The notes beneath the pieces were generated by a model, which was given only the letters and a program-made list of their open reading frames with translations, ran no database searches and had not been told where the DNA came from. Shown piece by piece: positions 23,560-37,053 of a stretch of DNA of 64,000 nucleotides (within the stretch, counting starts at the first letter, position 1; each line of letters starts with the position of its first letter). This DNA comes from Azolla caroliniana (lineage: Eukaryota; Plantae; Polypodiophyta). The translations under genes and the position numbers were made by a program. The stretch is from assembly GCA_043228905.1 (NCBI GenBank), contig JBHGNT010000003.1:16926001-16990000 (forward strand), given 5' to 3'.

Positions 23560-26474
23560 AGGCGACTAAAACCTCTCTCACATGTTGCCGTAGAAGAACA
23601 TTGAATTAACCCTATCAATGAAAGCTTTAGAAGTTATGGTAGCTTTTCTTTCCACACATCATTACAATTTATCATACCCCAAACATCTAAGAAATCTCTT
23701 CCAAGTCATTCAGTGGTAGCTTGCCTTTTGAAAATTGCATATTTATCATACAATTTACCTTTATCAATTATGGGAGAAAATGCTTTCTCATCTATCATTT
23801 TTTGAATGCCATAAAAATTTCCAAGTGTTTTCAACTCATTAAGACCCATAGTTTTTCATGTTAAAATGCTTGTAGATCTGGTAGACATGTTCATTGGTGA
23901 TAACATTTTCAACGTGGAAAGAGTCACCGAGTCTTGAAGCCTCTTTTTTATTGTCTCTATTAATGCCTTAGAAAACAAAGTTTGGAATCGTATGGCTTCA
24001 ATTAAGTCCTCACCATCAATACTTCTATCCATGAGGATGCTTTTATACATATTACCTTTTATAACATCTCTTAAAACTGAAAGCTTTCCTTTTTCTCTAT
24101 CATATTCCAGAATATTTGGATAATTATAGTTATCCTTCTCAAAACCATTGAGATCCATCATAACATGATGTAGAAATTGCTCTTCTATCTCCCCAATGGC
24201 TATCATAGCCAAGCCTCCAATGCATGTCACATCCACGTATTCCTTTTGGAATTCCATACTTAACGTAGACATGATCTTAAGTACATCTGCAAGGAAGTCA
24301 AGCATATACAGTACTTTGAAGTTTCTTAAACTTAAGAATACATTGTATGCATCACTTTGCGATTGCAAAGTCTTCATCAAGGGTTCATACATATCGCATA
24401 CCCTCATGATAGCACCATGCCGACTAAGCCATATAGTGTCTTCACAATCCCAAGAATATGCAAATGTGTGCATTCTAATGCATCTTGCATCTTAGTTAAT
24501 TCACCTTGGTGCATTGAGCTCCTCAAGAAATGTGTAGCCACCCGATTCACAATGGCATCTAACTGCTTGCATGTTTCTTTGACTTCAATGTTCTTTGAAG
24601 CCTCTTGCACAAACAAGTTTGTTCGATGTGCACAACAATGTAATGAAGTCATAAATGGATTATATGACTTCAATCTTATAGCAACACCTCTAGACATACC
24701 TACCATAATAGATGCTCCATCACTTCCAAATCGCATCATTTTTCTAACATCTAAGTTCCACATTTTTAACAATGCTAAAATGCTTTATGTTATTGTGCTC
24801 GTTGTACCATCCTCCAGTTCAAGTACCCCCAAATAAGAGGTTCTTACTTGCCTTCCGTCCATAAATGTAGTGTAAAGGATCAAGTTTTTGGTTACGCTAT
24901 CGTGCCTTTCGGCACCAGATCGTTGCTTGAGTCAGGTGGGAACCACTAGGGTTTTGGACTAGGAGGAGGAAGAATTTGAGACAATTCTAATTATAAATAT
25001 ATTATTAGAAACTTGGGAATCCCACAAGTATAATGTATTTTATTAATCAATATTTAGATAAGAATATGTATTTAGATTGAAAGAAAGAGATAAAAGAACT
25101 TGTGAATCCCACAAGTATAGATTATTAATTGGTGTTTTAGGAAATATATCCAATTTCCAAATATTTTTCACCCTTATTACATTGTGCTCCCCATCCTTAT
25201 ATAGTGATGAGAGAGTCTTAATAATCCATGCTTTTTCTCTAACAATAGACTATATGCTTTATCTAACATGCCTTTTTCTAAAGTGATCTTACTTTTTCTA
25301 ACTTGATGCGTTTTTATTGACTATAGTGTTCATGCACGCTAGATGTGCATGTGTAGTTTTCTTCTAACTAAAGTTTATCCTAGTGTGGACTTACCTTTTT
25401 ATGTGGGACATCTACTTTTTTAACACTAATGATATGTTAGTGTAATGGTAAAGCTTCACATTATGTACAAGGTTCGAATCTTGCCCTATGCATGTAACAA
25501 TCTTTTCTTCTATTTACAATTTTGTCTCTTCATCCGGTGAGAGACTCTCACCGGCCTTCTTTATCTGGCTCTTGCCGATTTTGCTTGATCCGGTTCTTAC
25601 TGGGTCTCCTTGCCAGTTCCTCCTTCATCCGGTTCTCTTCGTTTGTTTCTCATCAACTCTCACCGGCCTTCTTCATCCGATTCTCACCGGGTACTCTTCA
25701 TCCGATTCTTGCCGGGTCTCCATGTCCCATCCGGAGGGACCAAAAATGCAATTTTCTCATAGTGTGCGATTTACATTACAACAACGCTTACATCGGTAGC
25801 TTCATCTACCATAAGCCCAAACCAAGGACTTGTACTCAACCTATCATATATGTCGGCTTCAAGAGCCTTGTTAATGTGCAAGATAAAGCTTTCACAAGCC
25901 TTATTATCGTTATACATTCGTGAAAGGCCTTCCGCACCACATTCTCTTAACAATCGTCAGAGGCTTTCCAATTTTTTAAGTGCCAAATCCTCTTTCGCTA
26001 TAAAATACGCACATTTAAACAATTTTTCAATAGCTACATCCAAACTAGCTTTTTTCTTTGATGCACATTTTTCAAGACCATTCTTGTCTTGTTTTTGTAA
26101 CAAAATGGCATCTCGATGGGCCACACTCCTTGCATGTTCTTCTAATGCAAAAGTCTTAAAGTTTTTCACACCTGTTTTGCCAAATGAAGACTTACAATGA
26201 GGATCTCTCCTACAATAACTACCCCATAAAAGACCAATTTCCAAATCCTCTTGAAGCCACTTAAATTTAGTAGGGGTCAATCTTCTTGAAAGTTTAGTTT
26301 GGTCTTACTAATTCTATTCATGTCATGAAGCAACTCTTGTGAGTCTTGATCGTCCTTTATAGGCTCTTCTAGAGACACATCGTCATTGGAACATGACAAA
26401 TTTTTCCTAAAACTAGGCATTATAAAGAGGCTGATTTGCTTTCCTTCGCCTTTCGTATTTTTGTTGTGGGACAT
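23560..26474 (-). pseudogene. hAT transposase (ZNF862-like subgroup), disrupted
   Basis: GLMVDEATDVSV|TKNL (split by solo LTR 24898-25783), FGSDGASIMVG, HCCAHRTNL, C-terminal SSTATCERGFS dimerisation motif; several frameshifts and stops. Confidence 0.9.
24898..25783. mobile_element. Solo LTR (~0.9 kb) inserted in the hAT transposase; 4-bp TSD ACGC
   Basis: ACGC at 24894-24897 and 25784-25787; termini T(A)TCGTG...ACAACA; removal restores DEATDVSVTKNL. Confidence 0.8.
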
Positions 26475-27864
26475 ACTGTAACAATAATGTTAAAGTACGT
26501 TGGACTAGCATAATCTATGGATTCCATTTACACGAAGGGAAAAAATACATACACAATCCATGTTTTCCAAAGAGAATATAAACAAATTAAAATACCTAGC
26601 ATATATGGAAGATTACGAGGCAATAAAGGATGAAGTTGCCACTATAGATCTTCCAATCTATCAAAAAATAAAGAAGAAAGAGGATGGCTCACATTAGCTT
26701 ACACACATGTAAATCCATGTATATAAATGTGAAAGAAATTGAGGGAACAAATATATTGCAAACAATATTGAAGGAAAAGATCAAGAGAAAAAAAGTAGCA
26801 TATATATTAAAACAAGAGGACAATACAAATGCGAGGTAATAATGCTTGTCGAGGTTTCATGAACCCATAAATATTTGAGTTTGAGCTCATAAGATGTAAT
26901 AGAACATAAAATCGATTGAATATAATATGTTTACCAAGAAACAAATGATAAAAAATAACACTTTTTGGAGTTAAGAGATGTGTGCAAGTTCGGAAAGGAA
27001 TCTTGGAGTTAAATTTACAAGTATAAAACATTTCACCATTTAAATGATCCATGAAAGATAAATAAGTGTTAAAAGACTAGACTTTCAGCGATCCTTTTCA
27101 AAGTTGTAGCATTCTCTACTAGGTACCAAAATCAACTCTCAACTTCACATTTTACAAAAGTGGTGTATATATTAAAACAAGATGAAAATACAAATGCAAG
27201 GTAATAATGCAATATATATGCCTCCTTGTGATTTATTCTTGTCTATTCTCATCATCTTTTTGTGCTTTTTTTGTGCTAAGATAATTTGTTGTACATAATT
27301 CCCTTCCATTTTTCAACCTATCCTCCACTACATGTGTTTGAAATACATGTTGATTCTCATCTCAAATTTGTCGATTCATCTAGTTATATTGTAATAAGTA
27401 ACTAGTATTTCAGATTCGTCTAATTTGTTTATCATAGCAACCCCTTGATGATGATGAAGAAGAGCAAGTCTCTTTCGACACCTAGTTCCCTTGCATCTTC
27501 ACAACTTAATGTTCACCCACTAAAAAGAAGCGCGAAGATTCAATCCTCTTCTCCAATGCACATACTTTGTGATGATCCCACATCCTTGCCTTGGAATGTT
27601 CAGGAGACGTTTAAGAAGTGATCAAATCACTTGATAATTGAAAATGTCATATATGAATGTTTGATTGAAAGCCTACATTGAGAGGTATTGTAAAATGAAT
27701 CTCTTCAACACGTTCGCGTTCACAAGTGGAAGGATCGCGCATAGGTGGAAGAATAAGGAATATTCCGTTTGATTTGAGTACTTTTTCAATGATATTACAA
27801 AACACATTGATACTGTGGTGGTCACATGGACCACACCTAGATTAGGCCCCTACCAAGCCCCATG

Positions 27865-30006
27865 TCACCACCCATGACCGATACCCTCTCCCTCGTATCG
27901 ATGACCTCCTCGACCAGCTTGGCAAATCAAAGTACTTCACCTCCCTCGATCTAGCCTCGGGATATTGGCAGATCCCGATGAATCCTCACGATGCCCACAA
28001 AACTGCATTCCGCACTAGGAAAGGCCTTTTTCAGTTCACACGGATGCCCTTTGGCCTATCTGATGCGGGGAGCACATTCCAGCGAATGGCTAATGCCATC
28101 TTCGATGATCTCATCACCCGCCGTGTCGTCATCGTCTATCTAGACGATATTCTGGTACATACAAGCACTTGGGCAGAACACCTTCAAGTCCTTCGGGAGG
28201 TCCTAACTTGTGTTCAACGCTATCGATTGCAGCTGCAATGGAAGAAGTGCCGATGGGGTAGTACGTGCCTCCGCTTCCTTGGGTACGTCATCTCCTCTGA
28301 CGGAATACAAATGGACCCGGAGAAGACAGAAGCAGTCCAAAAATTCCCACGCCCCACCACAGTCAAGCAGCTTCAACGCTTCCTCGGCCTCCTCACGTTC
28401 TCTCTTCGTTTCATCCCACGGCTAGCCGACCTGTCAGCCCCACTACGCGCGCTCCTACAAAAAGACGCACCCTTCCTGTGGACCGAAGCCTGCGAATCCA
28501 GCTTCCTGCAGCTCAAGAGAACACTCCAAGCCTCTGACCTCCTGGCCCACCCTGATTTCACGAAGCCTTTCCATCTGCAGACGGATGCCTCCAATGTCGG
28601 CCTTGCTGCGGTCCTGCTCCAATCCGACGACAACGACCAACTCCGCCCGATTGCCTACATCAGTCGGTCACTTACCAAAGCCGAACAAAATTACTCGACA
28701 ACTGAAAAAGAGTTCCTCGCCATCGTCTGGGCATTCCATCGTTTCCACCCATACCTTCACGGATCAAATACATCAGTCGAAACCGACCATCAGCCATTGC
28801 TCTCCCTCATAAAGAAGGCTCATCCACCCGGCCGCTTACTTCGTTGGGTTTTGGCGCTACAAGATTACACATTCACTCTGCGCTATCGCCATGGTCCACA
28901 AAACATCGTCGCCGATGGATTATCCTGCATATCCTTTCAGGCGAACCAGATCACCTCCAACACAATCGATTTCCCCATATCCTCGTCCCAAATGGCCAAC
29001 ATGCAACAACACGACAAACAAATCCAAGATATCTGCCACCGCCTACGAGCTGAACCGACATCATCCCTCATCAAGCAATTCATGATCCAGGATAATGTCC
29101 TACTTTTTTGTCAAGTAGGCAAAGAACCCCGAGTCTACGTGCCTGAGCAACTACGCCAGTCTTACCTTCGTTTCTTCCACGATCACCCGTTGTCCGGCCA
29201 CTTGGGTTTTCATAAGGTGCTCGACAAAATTCGTCGCAAATTCTATTGGCCTGGGCTACGCCACGAGGTCGCCTCCTACATCAAAGCATGCAACTTATGT
29301 CAGGCCATCAAATCACCTCAAGTGGCTCAAGGCCTCTTACATCCGATACAAGTTCAAGCTCCATTTGAAATCGTCGGATGGGACATTATGGGCCCCTTTC
29401 CCGAGTCACAAGGAGGGAAAAAATTCATCCTCATCATCACCGAGTACTTGACGCGTTGGGCTGAGACGGCCGCTATCCCAGATGCAAAGGCTATGACCAT
29501 CGCCTCCAAACTATTGGAGAAAATCATCTTCCCCCACGGTTGCCCACTCCAAATCTTGTCCGATCGAGGACCCCAGTTCAACGGTGAGCTCCTACGCCTC
29601 GTTTCAACACAACTAGGAATCCAACAGTTATTCACGTCACCCTACCATCCGCAAACGAATGGGTTGACGGAGCGCCTCAATCGAACCTTAAAACAACAAA
29701 TCTCAGCCTACATCGATCCGCTGCACTCAACCTGGGACCGAATTGTTGAACTCAGTGCTCGGCCACCACCGAGGAATAGGATCAACTCACAGAAAACAGG
29801 AAATACAAAATGCACGAAGACAATAGAAAGAAGAGTACACAAGATGTTTTACGTGGAAAACTCTAAATGGGAAAAACCACGGGAGTCCTCAAACTCCAAC
29901 TATCACTATAAACAGAGATGTACAATGGTGAAGCTACAAGGCAACAACCTTGAGCTCACTGTCTTCGCCACAGGCGGCGGTAATACACAGAGGCAACGAC
30001 CTCTTC

Positions 30007-30045
<39 letters not shown>

Positions 30046-33000
30046 CTGCTCACTTAGCTCCCTCTAAGTGGAAAACCAGAAAAATGAGTAACAACTACAA
30101 AACTGTTTGCCCTAAGTCATATTTATACACATATGACTTTCGGGCTATTTACAAATATAGCCTCAAGGGCCCTTGGCAAACATATTCACAAATATGTCCC
30201 CGCATCCGGATCTCTCTCCGGGTACATTCATCATCCGGCTCCGTAACCGGGTCTTCATCATCCGGCTCCGTAGCCGGGGTCTTCATCATCCGGATCCGGA
30301 ACCGGGTCTTCATCATCCGGCTCCGGAACCGGGTCTTCATCATCCGGCTCCGATATCGGGTACTCCTCGTTCGGGTCTTCATTCCCGATTCCCGGACATC
30401 TGACCATCCCATCCGGAGGGACCGTAATCCCAACAAACTCCCCCTTCACTTCGGCATGGGATGTCTTTCCAGTCCGACCCTCTTCCGGCACGCTTCCAGC
30501 TTGTCGGGTGTGAGCACTTTGGTCAGCATGTCTGACCCGTTCTCGTCCGTGTGGATCTTCGTCAGCACGAACTCCTGGTCTTCTATCCTTTCCCGGATCC
30601 AGTGATATCTTCGCTGGATGTGCTTCGTCCGGGAGTGATAGGCCGCGTTCTTCGCAAGGTGGATGGCACTCTGACTGTCGCAGTAGAGTTGGTACTCCTC
30701 CTGCCGGATACCGAGCTCTCTAATGAAGTCCTTCATCCATATTATTTCCTTGCCGGCTTCAACAGCCGCCATGTACTCCGCCTCCGTGGTTGACAACGCA
30801 ACCGTCTTTTGCAGCCTCGACTGCCACGAAACAGCTCCCCCTGCATACGTCATCACATACCCTGATGTGGACCGGCTGGTATCTGTATCAGCCGACATAT
30901 CCGAATCGGTAAAGCCGTCGAGTTCGGGCTTACCGGAGCCGAATCGGAGGCACACGTTTGCCGTGCCCTTCAGGTATCGGAGTATCCACTTGACCGTGTT
31001 CCAGTGCTCTTTGCCGGGATTGCTCATGTACCGGCTCACCACTCCGACTGCATATCCTATGTCCGGTCTTGTACACACCATTGCGTACATCAAGCTTCCG
31101 ACGGCAGAGGCATATGGTACTTTCATCATGTCCTCCTTCTCAGCCTTTGTCTTGGGGCTTTGCTTGCTGGACAGCTTGCAGTTTGCCGGGAGGGTTGACC
31201 CGACCGGTCTTGCTTCCGACATGTTGAACCGGTGAAGCACCTTTGTCACGTACTTCTCCTGTGACAGCCACAACTGCTTCTTCTTCCGGTCCCGGATGAT
31301 GTGCATCCCTAGTATTTGCCTCGCCGGACCCAGGTCCTTCATTGAGAAGGTTCGGTGAAGCGCTTTCTTCAGCATCTGTATCTTGACCTAGTCCCGTCCG
31401 ACGATCAACATGTCGTCCACGTACAGGAGGAGTATTAGAAAGTCTCCTCCTTCGAACTTCTTCACAAACACGCAGTGATCGGACTGCGTTTTGTGGTACC
31501 CATCGTCGGTCATGAAGGAGTCGAACTTCCGGTACCATTGCCGGGGAGCCTGCTTCAGTCCGTAAAGGCTCTTCTTCAACCGGCATACCAGGTGCTCCTT
31601 CCCTTTCTTCTCGAATCCTTCCGGTTGCTGCATGTAGATCTCTTCTTCGAGGTCACCGTGAAGGAATGCCGTCTTCACGTCCATCTGTTCTACCTCGAGG
31701 TCCATGCTTGCCGCTATGCTCAGCACCGTCCGGATGGAGGTCATCTTCACTACCGGGGCAAATATCTCGTCGAAGTCGACGCCCTTCTTCTGCTGGAACC
31801 CCTTCACCACGATCCTGGCTTTGTATCTCGGGGGGTTTCCGGCATCTCCCGGCTTCAGCTTGAACACCCACTTGTTTCGAAGTGCCCGCTTTCCTTTCGG
31901 CAACTCCACAAGTTCATATGTGTGGTTCTCATGCAGGGAATCCATCTCCTCCTGCATGGCACTTAACCACCTGCGGCTATGGGTGTCAAGCTTTGCTTCT
32001 TCAAAACTCTCCGGCTCCCCCTTGTCGGTTAGCAGCACGTGCTCTGGTTTTGGAAATCTCCGGGGGGCCCTTCTCTCTCTTAGAGGATATCTCCGTTCCG
32101 GAGCTTCGGTAACCGGCTCCTCCGTTTCCTCTTCATCCGAATCCATTTCGGGATCGGGGCCGGTTCCGGTATTAGTTTCATCTTCCTCGGCCGGTTCTGT
32201 TTCTTCACCGTCTTCGGCCGGATCCTCGAGTGCTAACCGGTCCCTTGCCGGTCGGGACTGCTCCTCGTAGAGTTGATCCTCACCGGTCGACTTGGAGCTC
32301 TTCATCTTCTTCTCCGACTCCCAGTCGGCGAGTGTCTTGTCCTCCATGAAGATGATATCACAACTCCGGAATATCTTTTTGTCGACCGGGTCCCATACTC
32401 GGTAGCCGAACTCGTCATCGCCGTAACCGAGGAATATGCATGGCCGGGTCTTTGGATCTAGCTTTCCTCTCCGGTCCTTTGCCACATGCACATATGCGAG
32501 ACACCCGAACACCTTCAGATGTCGGTAGGATACTTCCCTACCGGTCCACACTCTCTGCGGCGTGTCTCCGTCCAAAGGTACTGAGGGTGATCTGTTTATC
32601 ACGTATGTCGCCGTCGACATTGCCTCAGCCCAAAACCCCTTGGGTAATTTCGCATGTGCCAGCATACTCCGAACCCTCTCCATTATGGTCCGGTTCATCC
32701 TCTCGGCCAGCCTGTTCAGTTCCGGCGTCTTCGGCACAGTAAACTCGAGCCGGATTCCCTTCGAGCGACAGTACTCCTCGAACTGCCCCCGGTATTCCCC
32801 TCCGTTATCCGCTCGTATCGCTTTCAGCTTCTTGCCGGATTCCCTTTCCACTCTCGCGTGGAGTTCTTTGAAGACGCACAACACTTGGTCATTTGTCTTC
32901 AACGGTGCCGTCCACAGCTTCCGGCTGTGGTCATCAATGAATGTCATGAAGTACTGGGCTCCGCCATGTGACTTCGATTCTACTTGACACACGTCAGTGT

Positions 33001-34813
33001 GCACCAACTCCAATGGTGCGCTACGTCTCGTCGGTGGCCTTGAGTGGAAGGAGGTTCGGTTCTGCTTACCGGCCAGGCAATCGGTGCACTTCTCCAGGTG
33101 CACATGCTTCACTGGAATAAGGTTGTCTTCTGCAAGCCTCTTCATCCCCTTCTCACTCATGTGGCACAGTCTCTTGTGCCACAGCTCACCGGTAGTGTCG
33201 GCTGCCACGTTCAACTCCTCCGGACACAACCAGGCATTCATAAGGTACAGTGTGTTGACTTTCCGGGCCCGAGCCACTATCAGGCTCCCCTTGCTGAACT
33301 TCATTACGCCGTTCCGGATGCTACCTGTGTAGCCTTCATCGTCTAGCCTCCCGGCCGAAATCAGGTTCAATCGAACCTCCGGAACGTGTCGGACATCCTT
33401 CAGCAACATTTTGCATCCGGTCGAGGTTGTCAACCACACATCTCCTATGTCGGCAATCCGGCACGTACCTTCATTTCCCATCCGAACACAGCCATGCTCA
33501 CCGGCTGTGTAGGATGAGAAGTATCTTCTTTCCGGGGTCAGGTGGAACGACGCTCCGAAATCGACCACCCAGGTAGTCTCATCGCCGGCAATGTTTAGTT
33601 CACCTTCTTCGGTGATGAGCATGATCTCCTCTTCACTTGCCGCGAGTGCCGTCGTTCCTTTCCGGTCCTGCCCTCGCCGATCCGAACCATTCCGGTCCGT
33701 GGCTCCCCGGTAAGCACCGTTCCGTTCCGAAGACTTCTTCGAATCGGTGTCGTCGGCTCCGTTGTCTTTTCGGTAATGCCGACATTTCTTTCGGAAGTGC
33801 CCCGTCTTCCCACAGTGGAAGCATGTGGGCCTTCCTCTTGACTGCGACCGGGTCCCCGACTTCTCCCGTCTTTGCGGACTCCGGTTCCGTTGTCTTCCCC
33901 GATCCGATTCGGCAAGCAGCATCTTCGGATCGGAGGCCGGTTCTTTATCTCTCCGACGCACTTCTTCGTTCAGAATGCTTGTCTTTACCATTTGTAGGGA
34001 CAAGTTATCTTCGGTGCAGGAGGTGCTGAGAGTCACCACCAAGTTCTCCCAGCTTTCCGGCAATGTACACATCAGTATGATGGCTTGCATTGCATCCTCC
34101 AACGGGAACTTGATCGCCGCAAGCTGGTTCACGAATCCCATGAACGTGCTTACGTGTTCCACCATACTCTCGCCGTCCCGGTACTTGAGGTTCACTATCT
34201 TCCTCATCAGGGAGGTCCGGGTCAGAGCATTCTTCCTCTCATACAGTCCGGACAGCTTCTGCCACATCTCATAGGCGTTCGTATCGTTCGCCACATGTTG
34301 CAGAACACTTACATCGACATATTGCCGGATCGTCGCTACGGCTTTCCGGTTCAGGAGCTTCCACTCCGACTCTATTAACCCCTTGGGTATCTCGTCATTG
34401 TCGATCGGTTCATACAGGTCTCGAACGATGAGAAGGTCTTCCATCTTTATCTTCCAGTCGGCGTAGTTCTGTGAGTTCAACACCATCATGCCCGGAGGCC
34501 CACTACCGCCGCCTTCCATTTTCTGTGTTACCGTCGCTCTGATACCACTTTGTTGAACTCAGTGCTCGGCCACCACCGAGGAATAGGATCAACTCACAGA
34601 AAACAGGAAATACAAAATGCACGAAGACAATAGAAAGAAGAGTACACAGGATGTTTTACGTGGAAAACCCTAAATGGGAAAAACCACGGGAGTCCTCAAA
34701 CTCCAACTATCACTATAAACAGAGATGTACAATGGTGAAGCTACAAGGCAACAACCTTGAGCTCACTGTCTTCGCCACAGGCGGCGGTAATACACAGAGG
34801 CAACGACCTCTTC

Positions 34814-34860
<47 letters not shown>

Positions 34861-35790
34861 CTGCTCACTTAGCTCCCTCTAAGTGGAAAACCAGAAAAAT
34901 GAGTAACAACTACAAAACTGTTTGCCCTAAGTCATATTTATACACATATGACTTTCGGGCTATTTACAAATATAGCCTCAAGGGCCCTTGGCAAACATAT
35001 TCACAAATATGTCCCCGCATCCAGATCTCTCTCCGGGTACATTCATCATCCGGCTCCGTAACCGGGTCTTCATCATCCGGCTCCGTAGCCGGGGTCTTCA
35101 TCATCCGGATCCGGAACCGGGTCTTCATCATCCGGCTTCGATACCGGGTACTCCTCGTTCGGGTCTTCATTCCCGATTCCCGGACATCTGACCATCCCAT
35201 CCGGAGGGACCGTAATCCCAACACGAATCTTGCCCTTCGTTACGCATGCCTACAACACAACTGTGCAAGCCTCTACCCGCATTAGCCCATTTCGGGCCCT
35301 TTACGGAAGGGACCCGCGCTTACCCCCAGAAGTGGCAGTCCCGCAACCAACCACACGACTCCACGCTGACGCAGTGCCTTGGTGGTCCCACCTACAACAA
35401 CTCCAGCCCCTCCTCCGCAAAGCCATCACGAGCAACCTGCACCAGGCACAACTACGCCAAAAACGACAACACGATATAGGCCGTGTCGACCATCAATACC
35501 ACGTCGGTGACAAAGTCCTCGTCTACTTCCCCATCCGTCGTCGCGGTCTCAGCGAATCGCTCATGCACCGATGGATCGGTCCCTTCGAAGTTCAAAAGCA
35601 GATACGCGACACTACATACCTGCTCCGCCGCGCCTCCAACAACCGCTCTACCTTTGCTCACCAGTCTCGCATGAAGCCCTTCCATCAACTACCACCGCCC
35701 CCGCCCACACTCATGCCTACGCCCACGCCCGTGTCATCCCCCCATCTGGAACCGTCGTCCACGCCTCGTCGCGCTTCGACTGCACAGTAA
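27865..35790 (+). CDS. pol: Gypsy pol (N-truncated RT, RNase H, integrase) split by the Copia insertion: 27865-29743 plus 35229-35790
   Basis: RYPLPRIDDLLDQL, YLDD, DASNVG, HDHPLSGH, YHPQTNGLTER; the frame resumes after the TSD as ILPFVTHAYN...GPF. Confidence 0.92.
30446..34519 (-). CDS. Copia gag-pol polyprotein with a single in-frame TAG at 31388-31390
   Basis: The 1043-aa and 309-aa ORFs are in the same frame; CFHCGKTGHFRKKC, WVVDFGASFH, LELVHTDVC, LLYVDDML, FTDSD...RSTSGY. Confidence 0.95.
34536..34547 (-). promoter_or_regulatory. Primer-binding site complementary to initiator tRNA-Met
   Basis: TGGTATCAGAGC on the minus strand, 3 nt from the 5' LTR. Confidence 0.95.
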
Positions 35791-36102
35791 CTTTTTTTTT
35801 ACAAGGGGGAATTGTGGTGGTCACATGGACCACACCTAGATTAGGCCCCTACCAAGCCCCATGCACCACACATAGACCACACCCAAATTAGGCCCCTACC
35901 AAGCCTCATGCACCACACCCAAACTAGGCCCCCACCAAGCCCCATAATTAGTAGAGCTAATTGGAGCGGGAGAACACCCTCCACGCTAAGAGAGAGTCTA
36001 TAAAATGTAACTTGAGACATAATGAAAGAAGGGCTATTCTTGAGAGCATTTCACATCTTGAGCATTTCACATCTTGCGGCTCTCCCTGCGGCACCCCGCG
36101 CA

Positions 36103-37053
36103 TTAGTTTTCCAGGAGCTCAGAGAGGGAGGCAGCGTCAGCTAATTGGACGTTCTGCTTCTGTTGGTGATTCTGTCACTTTCGGCAGTGACGCCGAATGT
36201 GGCCATAGTTGTTGCAGTAGAAACATTTGGGGCGTCCCTGGCTGTCTCGTTCAGGCAATGCACGCTTGGCACATAATTGCGCGTTCTGGATGTCGATGTC
36301 CATGGGAGTGACGGCTGGTATAGTGTTTGTATGATCATGACTGAGATTACCTGGTGTGTGCACGTCGTGCGCGTCTGCAGCTTCGATGCGTTGGGCAGTG
36401 AGGATGGCTTCGTGTAGTGTCGTCGGGCCTTGATCGCGTACACGGCGGCGGAGGTCATGTCGTATACGCGGCCAGAAAAAAAACAACTTCATGTCCTCCG
36501 ACATGTTGGCGTCAGCCCGGCATAGGATCTGCACAAAACGAACCGCGAACTGGGTGATGGGTTCGCGTGGTTGTTGGGTAATTGACTCAAGTTGTTGTAG
36601 GGCCGTCTGGCGGGAGTCTTGATGAGCAAAATTCCGAATCATGGCTGCCTGTAACAGATCCCAGTCGTTGCGTGTCTCTTCGGGTTGTTGTACAAGCCAT
36701 GTTGCCGCGATATTCTCGAGGAGTGTCTTCATCTCCATTGCCTTCCGAGGGTGTGGCCACTGGTGGTAACTGGCCACCATTTCGAAATGATCCAGCCAAG
36801 AGAGGACGTCTTCCGATGGTAGGCCGGAGAACGGTTTTGGGCGAACTCGAGAGTCCGGGAGATTTTGTTGTGGCTCGGATCGTGCTGAAAGAAAGGACAA
36901 CATGGCTTGGTTAGTATGGTTAACTTGTAAAATGATGTTGGACAGAGCTTGAACCAGTTGGTCGATTGGCGATGTGGGCTGGTGTCCTTGATTGTGTTGT
37001 AGGAATTCCGGATTCATCGAGTTTGCGTTGCCGTCGTTGTTGTCGTGTTGCAT
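36103..37053 (-). CDS. gag: Gypsy gag (inverted relative to pol), with one premature TGA at 36175 after the zinc knuckle
   Basis: PKPFSGLPSEDVLSWL, CFYCNNYGHIRRHC; the frame continues to ...LLEN* with a GGAAAAC-type gag/pol junction near 36106-36112. Confidence 0.88.

Larger units (their letters stand above)
29744..35223 (-). mobile_element. Full-length young Ty1/Copia (Tork/Tnt1-like)
   Basis: LTRs at 29744-30435 and 34551-35223, differing mainly by one 27-bp repeat unit and (CT)n length; TSD CGAAT; PBS TGGTATCAGAGC; PPT near 30438-30446. Confidence 0.97.

Noticed and set aside
30225-30360. 27-bp repeats as a CRISPR-like array
   Set aside because: Head-to-tail units without unique spacers, inside a Copia LTR in eukaryotic DNA; no cas genes.
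29744-30605. C-terminal ~285 aa of the 875-aa ORF 27978-30605 as a novel integrase fusion
   Set aside because: It is chance read-through into the antisense Copia LTR; the real integrase resumes after the CGAAT TSD at 35229.
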